Of a stretch of DNA of 64,000 bases, positions 55,846 through 64,000 are shown piece by piece. The notes under the pieces were generated by a model. That model had not been told where the DNA came from. It was given only the letters and a program-made list of their open reading frames with translations, and did no database searches. Each line of letters opens with the position of its first letter. The first letter of the stretch is position 1. The DNA lies in IMG/VR virus record IMGVR_UViG_3300005080_000002. One strand, given 5' to 3'. Both the position numbers and the translations under genes were made by a program. This stretch comes from an uncultured virus (IMG/VR IMGVR_UViG_3300005080_000002) (lineage: Duplodnaviria; Heunggongvirae; Uroviricota; Caudoviricetes).

Positions 55846-57890
55846 TATTCAGCTCCCTTGCGAGTTGCTACGATGGTGTACTTGTTGATGGTGTGGGTCG
55901 TGCTTGCAGGCACGGTCACCTCAACAGAGATGGAATTACCACCAGCCCGGTCTTCCTCGGTATGGAAAGCGCGCGGCACCGGATTGGCGACGTTGTCGTA
56001 CTTGCCGAGGATCTTCGTGTTGATCTTGTCGGTGATCAACTTCTCCAGCTGGCCTTCAGTCAGGGACTGGGAGCCAGTGGTTTCTGCCCAGACGTCATCG
56101 CAGACGCGTTCCAGGTCACCGATAACGGTAGCCGGCAGCAGACCAACCAGGACAGACGCGCTGTGCGGGTAGATGGTACGTGCTGCGGAGAACATGTAGC
56201 GATACTGGTCAAAGGTACGGATGTTGATGAGACCTGCGTCCCAGTCACCTTCGTAGGCTTCGCCGGTCTTGTACGGCAGGTTGAAGTCGTAACCGTCATC
56301 AACGATAGCCAGCTCGCCCCGGTCGAAGCGGAACTCGGAACGGAACTTGCCGATCTGAGCACCCGCGTAACGGGACATGAACTTGGCCAGCGAGTAGGTG
56401 AGCGGAACGCGTTCACCCCAGCTGTCATCGTTGAGCAACATGCTGTGACCTACAACCGCGCCACGCATGGCAGAGGTGCCATAACGGACGGATTCCGGGA
56501 AAGCACGCAGCATGGAAGCCAGCGCCACTTTCATGGAGTCTTCGGTAGCTTGGTTGTTGGCACCCTCGTTATAAACGTGGGTAGACAGGATGGTGATGGT
56601 GTCGGGACGACGACCCATGAAGTTACAGAGCGCTTCCTTGGTGTCGGTGGTATAACCGGCATCCCAGATGAAAGAGCACGGATACTTGCGCATGTCCAGG
56701 TAGTTAACCTTACCCTTACCGAACGCCAGCATCTCACGCTGCACCAGCTCGTCGAACACTTCGGCGTTCATGGTACCGTCAGAACCACCCATCAGGTAAT
56801 GGGTATGACCTTCGGTAAACAGCTCGCCACCGTTGGCACCGCTATCGATGACGAGACCATTATATGGATTGCCGTAGACATCGAGGCCAGAGAAAATATC
56901 GACCATGTACGGATTCGCAACGTACTCGGGACCGGCCGCTTTGGCGGCTGCCGTCAGCACGGTTTCGAAGTTGGCTTCGTACAGATGGATATCCTTGATC
57001 GGGCCCAGTTCGGGTACCAGGCCGGGGGCCGGGTTCATGTTGCGGTAGGAACGGACCAGCACACGGCGGAAGTCGTAATGCTGACGCATCGGCTCGTAGT
57101 ACGCGCCTTTCTTGAACGCAACCGGTACGAAGGTAGAACCGCCACGGGTCTGCACTGGAGTGCCAGAATCGTTTTCGGTCAAACGCTCGTTGAACTGGAT
57201 GTGGTAAACACGGGCACCCATGGTTTCGGAAACGCTCGGGTCTACGCGAACGGAGGATTTCACGTTCGGGCAGCTGAGCTGGAAACCGAAGTCGGAGCCG
57301 CCCTGGCCGATGAAGCTGGCCGGCAGATCGAGGATCGGGTAGATGGTGGACTTGGAACCATCCAGGTTGGACTTGGACCCTGCGTAGGGTTTGCCGTTCT
57401 TGAACGGTGCATCCGCAGCAAAGGGAGAGACGCGCCAGATGATGTTCACGCCGTCAACATCGCCGGTCTTGATTTTTTTGCCTTGGCTGTCGTACTTGTA
57501 CTCGCCACTGGCGAGGCGCTCGTAGACAGGAACCTTGGCGGTATAGACCTCGGCGTAGATACGCAGAGAAGCCCAGGCCGCATCGTCTGGTACCAGACGC
57601 TGAACCATTTGCGGGTTGGCCAGTTCATTGAACAGCTTCATGAACGGGGTATTGATGGTCGCGTACTTCGAGTCGTAATCAAGCACGTCACGACCATACA
57701 TGGAGAACAGGTTATCACCCGCAACCATGTAAGCGTTTTCGTGGTCACCACGGCCAGAGAAAGTAAACGACAGCGGCAAATGAATCGACTTCGTGATCGG
57801 CGTCAACACCAACGGCGGAATACTACGGTCATCGGTACCGTAGAACACTGCCATTGGCGAACCGTTACGGGGGACGGTATTGTATGCCAT
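55845..57890 (-). CDS. Contractile tail sheath protein (phiKZ gp29-like)
   Basis: NGSP...GTDDRS, HLP, GGSDGTM, WDAGY..TK, FPES.YGT. Confidence 0.9.
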   Translation of the reverse strand: MAYNTVPRNGSPMAVFYGTDDRSIPPLVLTPITKSIHLPLSFTFSGRGDHENAYMVAGDNLFSMYGRDVLDYDSKYATINTPFMKLFNELANPQMVQRLVPDDAAWASLRIYAEVYTAKVPVYERLASGEYKYDSQGKKIKTGDVDGVNIIWRVSPFAADAPFKNGKPYAGSKSNLDGSKSTIYPILDLPASFIGQGGSDFGFQLSCPNVKSSVRVDPSVSETMGARVYHIQFNERLTENDSGTPVQTRGGSTFVPVAFKKGAYYEPMRQHYDFRRVLVRSYRNMNPAPGLVPELGPIKDIHLYEANFETVLTAAAKAAGPEYVANPYMVDIFSGLDVYGNPYNGLVIDSGANGGELFTEGHTHYLMGGSDGTMNAEVFDELVQREMLAFGKGKVNYLDMRKYPCSFIWDAGYTTDTKEALCNFMGRRPDTITILSTHVYNEGANNQATEDSMKVALASMLRAFPESVRYGTSAMRGAVVGHSMLLNDDSWGERVPLTYSLAKFMSRYAGAQIGKFRSEFRFDRGELAIVDDGYDFNLPYKTGEAYEGDWDAGLINIRTFDQYRYMFSAARTIYPHSASVLVGLLPATVIGDLERVCDDVWAETTGSQSLTEGQLEKLITDKINTKILGKYDNVANPVPRAFHTEEDRAGGNSISVEVTVPASTTHTINKYTIVATRKGAE

Positions 57891-58036
57891 TGTTGTGGAC
57901 TCCTAGCAGTTACCGCCGTACAGGCGGAGTTTATCAGTAACCGTACGCGGGTAAAAAATTACAGTTACCCATATACAGTATCGACATATCGTCATAGGTA
58001 TTAACCTACATTAATCAGTATTTGGAGTGAGCGAAG

Positions 58037-60076
58037 ATGGCAATCAGAGCGTCCTACGACTCGAAAGTCAACAAAACGATGAATATCAAACCTATCGTTT
58101 TGGAAATAGAAAAAGCAATGCTGCACAACGATACTCATCGTTTCTCTGACGAGATCCTTTTCGTCAGTGACGAGTTCACGGACGTGCCGCCTTTCATCCA
58201 CCCTATCTACTCCCCTGAAAAGGACGTAGTTTTTATCGATGTCCGTGGTTTCTCCTCGGTAGGTCGTGACGGCAATCTGGCACTTAAGGGCGACGTTGAC
58301 AGTGAGTTGACTCTCCTGCGTGCTAAGCTGGAACTGGTGTGGCAACGTGCTCCGCGTGCTGATGTTTTCACCGCACTCCATTTCTCCAATGGTATCTTTG
58401 TACGCTGGCTGACCGATACCATCTGCCATAAACACGGTCTGCAACTTGGTCAGAAGTCCAAGGTTCTTGCCGTGACCGGCCTGTACAACATTGGTCAGTA
58501 TTACAACAACATTACTGACGAACACCAAATCAACAAATTTGCCGAGATGGTATCTCGGGATTTTTATATCCCACTCGAAGAAGTTTTCAGTGCTATTGAC
58601 ACCCTCGATAATCCGTTCCCTCGCGATATCGATGAGTACGTAGAAGCGCTCAAGAAGCTTCAGATTTCTCCGCGCTTGGCCAACCTCAATACGCTGGCAC
58701 TGTACAGCATGTTGGGCGGTAGCTGGTTCATGACCGCAAACGCACTTCAGCTGGTCGGACTGGCGGTTGAATACCCGCCGTGCTTTGCTGCGATGGTCTC
58801 TATGGCTACCCGCCATAAGATCTTCAAGAAGACCCAGATCGGTGAGCGTGTGGAACGGTCTAATAAAGGCGGTGCCTTTGATCAGTTTGCACGGTCTCTG
58901 AATGCCGTTATCAATAACAACCTTGGTAACATCAATCCCAATCGTCAACGTGCTGGGATGGAGAGCATTCCGTACAACGCAATGTTGTTGGAAGATGGCG
59001 AGTTCATCGAACAGCATTTCGGTATGGAAGGCTACGGTAAGGCCGCTGGCGTAGCACTCGGTGCTGGGCTGTTGACCGCATTCATCACCTGGTTGATGAT
59101 TAAATTCACCGGGGGTGGTTCTGGCGGTGGTGGTGGCGGTTCTAGCGGCGGTACCGGTATCATTGAAAAGACCGAGACCAAAGTCAAGGCTACCGTAGAA
59201 GCCAAGGGCGAACTTGTAAAGCATAAGGACGAGGCTAAAAAGATCGCCAACGAGATTCGCCACGACACCCCTTCCCATACCGAGGCCATGAACGAAACCC
59301 TCGTGGCTGATGTAGAAAAGGTTGTTGATAAGGGTGCCGACAAACGCATCACTACTATCGTGAACACCAGCCGTAACCCGGTGGCTATTCCGGTTATCAA
59401 TCTGGCTGTTAAATACGAACCGTCTCAAGAAGCGACCAACCACTGGGCCAACATGGACGCATTGGTTAAGTCCATCGAACGGATCGACGATCCTACTCAG
59501 CTGGCGGCTATCTTCGAAGTCTACAAGCGTGCTCTGCGTGGCGGTGGTCAGAACATCAAGGGTGTAATTAGCGACTTCATTAAGCATCCGCTGTTTAAAG
59601 AAGATGTGGCTGTTCTTGGTGGTCTGTTCTGTGCCGGGCGCTTCTACCATGTACCTAATGACACAGCTACCGAGTTTGCCCATCAGGCGCTGTCTGTTTA
59701 CAACAGTGCTACGCTCGATGCGCACATCTCCATGCAGGATCTGCTGGTAGACATCCGAGATAGCGTTGACGGCGGTATGTCTGGGACTGATCTCGATGTC
59801 AAATACGGTCGCTACATCAACGAGATCTACATGGGTCTGTTGAACTCTCCGGCAAAGGTTATACTGGAGAATAAGACCGGCATCGACACGCTCATGGAGA
59901 ATGCACGTCAGCGGTTTGCTGTCTGGCCCGCCACCTCGTTCGATACCTTCGAGCACTTCGACGGCTCGACGGGTTATGTCAAACATCTGCTGGAGTCTAT
60001 CTATGAGTTCAGCAGCGAGGAAGTCGGACCGTACATCGAGTGGCTGAAAGGTCTCGAGGTCGTCTTAAAGAGCTGA
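58037..60076 (+). CDS. gp28-like head protein (aa 1-305) fused to AGME-cleavable module 1; probably continues by -1 frameshift into the next ORF
   Basis: VPPF.HP, DVR and AVEYPP.F motifs; then AGMES..GME, hydrophobic helix, poly-Gly; divergent from the sheath gene. Confidence 0.75.
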   Translation: MAIRASYDSKVNKTMNIKPIVLEIEKAMLHNDTHRFSDEILFVSDEFTDVPPFIHPIYSPEKDVVFIDVRGFSSVGRDGNLALKGDVDSELTLLRAKLELVWQRAPRADVFTALHFSNGIFVRWLTDTICHKHGLQLGQKSKVLAVTGLYNIGQYYNNITDEHQINKFAEMVSRDFYIPLEEVFSAIDTLDNPFPRDIDEYVEALKKLQISPRLANLNTLALYSMLGGSWFMTANALQLVGLAVEYPPCFAAMVSMATRHKIFKKTQIGERVERSNKGGAFDQFARSLNAVINNNLGNINPNRQRAGMESIPYNAMLLEDGEFIEQHFGMEGYGKAAGVALGAGLLTAFITWLMIKFTGGGSGGGGGGSSGGTGIIEKTETKVKATVEAKGELVKHKDEAKKIANEIRHDTPSHTEAMNETLVADVEKVVDKGADKRITTIVNTSRNPVAIPVINLAVKYEPSQEATNHWANMDALVKSIERIDDPTQLAAIFEVYKRALRGGGQNIKGVISDFIKHPLFKEDVAVLGGLFCAGRFYHVPNDTATEFAHQALSVYNSATLDAHISMQDLLVDIRDSVDGGMSGTDLDVKYGRYINEIYMGLLNSPAKVILENKTGIDTLMENARQRFAVWPATSFDTFEHFDGSTGYVKHLLESIYEFSSEEVGPYIEWLKGLEVVLKS

Positions 60077-61575
60077 TCAAGGGCTTTGATGCTGAAAACC
60101 GTGAAATGCTGGAAGCGATCAATATCTGTGGTCGCATTAACACCTTCGGCATTTCTAAGACAATGATGATGCATAACGAGATCGTCAACGGCATGCAGCA
60201 CATTGTTGAGTCTACCAAGAAGTTCCAGGGCTTCATCAACGATAACCTGAAAGCCATGCAGCGTGAGATGGATCGTGCTGCCAAGAAAGCCGGTATGGAA
60301 TCCCATCAGGAACTCGAGGGTGAATTCCTGCCTGCCGAAGGTAAGGGCGTCGGGATGGAAGTCAACGCCTGGTCGGATGCCTTGGCGCGTGTTGGTATCG
60401 CGGTAGTCGTTGGTCTGTTCATCGAATGGCTGGTACGTAAGCTGACCGGGTCTAGCGGCGGCGGCGGTGGCGGCGGTAGCCCGCGTATGTCTGTCTCGTT
60501 CCGCGTAGAGACAGCAGCTGAGACGGTCGCTCGCGTCGGTGAGAAACTGAACAAGACCAAGTCTGAGTTCCTGGAATTCAACTCTGAGCTGAACCGTCGT
60601 AAGCTCAAAGACGAAGACCTGATGGGCCTGGTTGCATCCGACGCCGATCGAAGCGTGCTGCGCAAGTTCCTGACTGCTATTCCTGGCGATGACCATCTGC
60701 TGCGTTGCTTTGCAGTTTTGTTGGTTAATGCCGGTAGCGGCAAGAATGACAGTCAATTCACGTTCCTCGGGGTCTCTGCTACTGACCAAGATTGGGACAA
60801 GTGGGTTCTGGCCGCGTTTGGTAACTTCCGTAAGGTGAGCATGCCCAACGACATGGAGTTTGAAAAATACCTCCTGTTCTGCGGTCTGAGCATCCCCGGT
60901 ACGTTCATGATTGCTGACGTCATTGAAAGCATCGACGTTGCCAAAGCACTGGAACACATCGACGTCGAAGCCGAGATTGTTGAGGAAATCTTCAAACTCG
61001 GTGATTCGTTCACCGACGCCGGTGCTAAGCGCATCGCTGATGAAATCCGTAAGGGTGCAAGTGGCCCTGCCTCCGACAGTAAAGAAGTGGCAATTCCCGG
61101 TGCTCAGGGTAAGACCTACAAAGAAATCTTTACTGAAGCCAGCTACACTCGCTTCACTATCTGGCCGGGCGCTATCTACCGCAACGGTCTGAAAGAAGAT
61201 GAGAAGTTGGCCGAGATCAAGGCAGACCAGTGGCGTAGCCTACTCGACACCAAACGTCTGAGCTCCAAGCTGGAGAAGGATAAAAATACTCTGGCGCGGA
61301 TGGAGAACAAAGCGACAGCGATGAAGCAGCGTCTCGACACCGCTGCACGCAACGCCAAGATCGATGGGCGTTTCAGTAGCAACCCAGAAGACCATCAAGT
61401 CATCAGTGACTTCCTGAGCAAGAAATCGAATGCGATGGCTGAAATCCAGGCCTATCTGCAAGCGGTCAATGCTTATACCCGCGGTGTAGACCATCAGGCC
61501 AATGCCATGAACATGGCCTGCCGGACTATGGAAGCACGGATTGGCAACGTTAAAACCCTTTTGAAGAAGGTGTAA
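60040..61575 (+). CDS. C-terminus of module 1 plus paralogous AGME-cleavable module 2 (head/ejection protein)
   Basis: No good RBS at GTG 60040; AGMES..GME, hydrophobic helix, poly-Gly and RF.IWP shared with the upstream ORF. Confidence 0.7.
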   Translation: MAERSRGRLKELIKGFDAENREMLEAINICGRINTFGISKTMMMHNEIVNGMQHIVESTKKFQGFINDNLKAMQREMDRAAKKAGMESHQELEGEFLPAEGKGVGMEVNAWSDALARVGIAVVVGLFIEWLVRKLTGSSGGGGGGGSPRMSVSFRVETAAETVARVGEKLNKTKSEFLEFNSELNRRKLKDEDLMGLVASDADRSVLRKFLTAIPGDDHLLRCFAVLLVNAGSGKNDSQFTFLGVSATDQDWDKWVLAAFGNFRKVSMPNDMEFEKYLLFCGLSIPGTFMIADVIESIDVAKALEHIDVEAEIVEEIFKLGDSFTDAGAKRIADEIRKGASGPASDSKEVAIPGAQGKTYKEIFTEASYTRFTIWPGAIYRNGLKEDEKLAEIKADQWRSLLDTKRLSSKLEKDKNTLARMENKATAMKQRLDTAARNAKIDGRFSSNPEDHQVISDFLSKKSNAMAEIQAYLQAVNAYTRGVDHQANAMNMACRTMEARIGNVKTLLKKV

Positions 61576-61578
61576 TAA

Positions 61579-64000
61579 ATGGAACAATGGCTGAAGAAGC
61601 ATGCGGCTGCCAACGTATGGTGCCGCCCTGCTGCTGACGCCAGATTGATCGTTGAGCCCAGAAGACTGACTCCTAAAGAAGGGGACATCTACGGGCTCAA
61701 CGTTTCCGAACACAGCATCAGAATGCCTAAGCCGGATACGTGGTATCATGTTTTCCAAATAGGGAAGCTCGATCCTGCGTATCTTGGCTTTAGCGCACCA
61801 TGGGCTGGATGGAAACGTGTAGATCAACTGGTCAATGAAACCAACGTGGCCGTTCTTGTATACAACAAGAAGGGCCGGACGTACCCGTTGTCGATGACAT
61901 GGTTACGTGTGTTGAGCAATGGTAACTTCATCGTTGCTACCGAGGCCTATGACCAGCTGGTCGACTTCGGTGTCGATGAGCTCTACATTCGTTTCTATAA
62001 CGGCGCGTTCAATCGTTCCCCGCAATGGAACTCCAACTATCGCACATTTACTAACAGCAAGATCGTTAGAAGTGGCGATGATATCGTTAACTTTATTACG
62101 GAATATAACGAGTCGACTAAGAAACCCGGATACACGTTCGCTTATGTAAACGGATACCGCGTTAAAACACTTACGCTCGACAACGTAAAGGTTTGGGACT
62201 ACGTGGAATACTTCCACGACGGTCTGGTTCGGGAAGTGGTGGAATTCAATGCACATCAACTCCCGTCGTTTACTTCCATCCTGGACAAGAAGAAGAAATA
62301 TATTCTTCACCCGCCCAAAAAGCGTGAAACCCAGGACTTCATCAACGATGTGGAAATCTACGCCTTCCACCAGGCTGGCCAAGGTCGTTATTTCCATGTC
62401 AATCAGGCCGATGCACTGCGCCAGCTGACGCACCGTGACTTCTCTATCGACTCATCCAAGATCGTTAAAATGATTACGGATGAAGGGTGGAGAAATATCA
62501 ACGAGGTTAAGGTCCGGCTTTATATACGTCGTAGCGGTATCGATAAGCCTTTAATTTTTGAGGCTAATCGTATCCACGAGCTGTATAAGCTTAAGGACGC
62601 TGAGATACTGGCGGCGATGACCGGCACCAATGCGGTGGTTAAGAACTGGCGGGCTGACGAACTGGAGAAGTGCGCCTATAGCCGACTGATGGCAGCAATG
62701 CCTATCAACCTCACCAAAGAGCTGGCAACGGCAGCCTATGGCTATAACTCCATCAGTTCACTGGCAGCGATGACGCCGCAGGATGTAATCGAGAGTCCTG
62801 CCGGCAACTACGTTATCCTCCCACCATTGTTGGCTCGAAATGCCACGGTGTACGAGTACGATGCGAATGGTCTGCTGCTCGGCTTCTATCATCATCTGGA
62901 GCCTCTGGTAGACCAATACAAGTGTCGCCATGCTGCGGCCGTGCGGATAGAGGCGATCGAAGGTCGCGGTTCCAACCAGCTCGATATAGACTGGAATGCG
63001 GCGGACTACGTCGTAGAGCCTGGGTACAACTACCGCTTCTATGTCGAGAAATTGCTCTCTGGCAATGGGACTATGGAATTCGAGGACGTCACTGACACCG
63101 ATGCTTATCGCATCGACCTCGAAGGTAAGGTAATCTGGAATGTTGATCATACCAGACGTCGTCCGGTCATCTGGAAGGACTCACGCTTTACCGCGTACGA
63201 GTTCACTGAGGATGCGTACGACGGCACCTACAAGTTCTCCATGCAAACCTACAACCCGGTATTGAAGGCGAACGTTCCGCTCAGGTTCTGCCATGAGACA
63301 TTGGAAGTGTGGCTGAATGGTAAGTCACTGATTGCTGGATTGGACTTTGTTGTCAATTGGCCGCAGGTAGTGATTTGTAACAAGGAGTATCTGCATGATA
63401 TCTCCGAGTACCACAAGCCGAAGATCGTTGTGCGTGGTCGCAATATGGCCAAGGAATACACCCCACCGAAGTTTGGTTATGTCATCAATGGCATGCTGAG
63501 CAACAATACCCGTTTCGACGTTCGTGACGATAAAGTTGTTCGTATCAGTGTTGCCGGCGCTATGAAAGCGCGCAGTGACGTTATCTTCCGTGAGGATACT
63601 GCGATTACGCTCAAAGGCGTGGTCAACGGCCAGCCGTACGTTATTGATGATCCACTCATCCCACTGCGTACAATTCCATCCAGGGACACCTACCCGATGC
63701 GGGTAGAGGCGAAAGCCATCGATGTGAAAGTCGAGGACTATCTGTCGGTGAAAATCCCTCAACCGCCTGGACTGGTTCATAACCCGATTCCTAAGAAGCA
63801 TCAGCTCATTAGCCCACTGCTCAATAAGCTGGTACATGATCTCATCAACGAGATCCTGATTCCGACGGAAGACCCTGACCGTGATTTCATCTCTGCTGAA
63901 GAGATGGACGCACTGATGGAAAACTACAAGTACCTGATCGAATACGACCCTGTAATTCAGGGAGTCGATACCCGTTATGTGGAGATTCATCCGCACGATG
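61579..64000 (+). CDS. Virion structural protein (phiKZ gp27-like), partial at the window end
   Basis: Absent from the ORF track (no stop). NVWC.P, WYHVFQIG, ALRQLTHRDFS, ELYKL.D, EVWLNG..LI motifs; still in frame at 63901-64000 (YDP...VEIHPH). Confidence 0.8.
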   Translation, partial: MEQWLKKHAAANVWCRPAADARLIVEPRRLTPKEGDIYGLNVSEHSIRMPKPDTWYHVFQIGKLDPAYLGFSAPWAGWKRVDQLVNETNVAVLVYNKKGRTYPLSMTWLRVLSNGNFIVATEAYDQLVDFGVDELYIRFYNGAFNRSPQWNSNYRTFTNSKIVRSGDDIVNFITEYNESTKKPGYTFAYVNGYRVKTLTLDNVKVWDYVEYFHDGLVREVVEFNAHQLPSFTSILDKKKKYILHPPKKRETQDFINDVEIYAFHQAGQGRYFHVNQADALRQLTHRDFSIDSSKIVKMITDEGWRNINEVKVRLYIRRSGIDKPLIFEANRIHELYKLKDAEILAAMTGTNAVVKNWRADELEKCAYSRLMAAMPINLTKELATAAYGYNSISSLAAMTPQDVIESPAGNYVILPPLLARNATVYEYDANGLLLGFYHHLEPLVDQYKCRHAAAVRIEAIEGRGSNQLDIDWNAADYVVEPGYNYRFYVEKLLSGNGTMEFEDVTDTDAYRIDLEGKVIWNVDHTRRRPVIWKDSRFTAYEFTEDAYDGTYKFSMQTYNPVLKANVPLRFCHETLEVWLNGKSLIAGLDFVVNWPQVVICNKEYLHDISEYHKPKIVVRGRNMAKEYTPPKFGYVINGMLSNNTRFDVRDDKVVRISVAGAMKARSDVIFREDTAITLKGVVNGQPYVIDDPLIPLRTIPSRDTYPMRVEAKAIDVKVEDYLSVKIPQPPGLVHNPIPKKHQLISPLLNKLVHDLINEILIPTEDPDRDFISAEEMDALMENYKYLIEYDPVIQGVDTRYVEIHPHD

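Noticed and set aside
54979..56172. 397-aa + strand ORF
   Set aside because: Antisense shadow of the tube and sheath genes, starting inside a terminator
55893..58004. 703-aa + strand ORF
   Set aside because: Antisense shadow of the codon-biased sheath gene; no motifs or RBS
59111..59152. GGT/GGC microsatellite as a phase-variable repeat (also near 60456-60477)
   Set aside because: In-frame poly-Gly linkers with mixed codons
58001..59986. 661-aa - strand ORF
   Set aside because: Antisense shadow of the gp28-like gene
1..64000. Alternative genetic code, DGR or tRNA genes
   Set aside because: TAA, TAG and TGA all end intact genes at high coding density; no reverse transcriptase, TR/VR pair or cloverleaf seen by eye

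Overview
64-kb segment of a phiKZ-like (Chimalliviridae-type) jumbo myophage genome read in the standard genetic code; the host cannot be determined from this window. Conserved virion and core blocks: tail fibre, baseplate spike, SbcC ATPase, RNase H, UvsX/RecA, three split virion RNA polymerase subunits, tape-measure/lytic transglycosylase, prohead protease, tail tube and tail sheath. These alternate with + strand accessory islands that start at a conserved early-type promoter (TWCRGRCATATWTYA-N5-GTGA) and end at repeated, near-identical terminators. Family and gp-number assignments come from recalled motifs and synteny, not from a database search. Main observations: (1) an apparent ~1180-aa head polyprotein (gp28-like carrier plus two paralogous AGME-cleavable Gly-linker modules) broken by a -1 frameshift; (2) a duplicated 96-bp terminator-promoter-hairpin cassette, and a terminator family whose loop is inverted in one copy; (3) a signal-peptide transglycosylase behind a structured leader containing a Pro-Pro-stop uORF; (4) macro, NADAR, SLOG and DUF488 genes of possible counter-defence function; (5) a tandem triplet of diverged paralogs. 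Four Ns and two homopolymer-adjacent frameshifts show that assembly errors are possible. No tRNA, rRNA, CRISPR array, intron or intein was seen.
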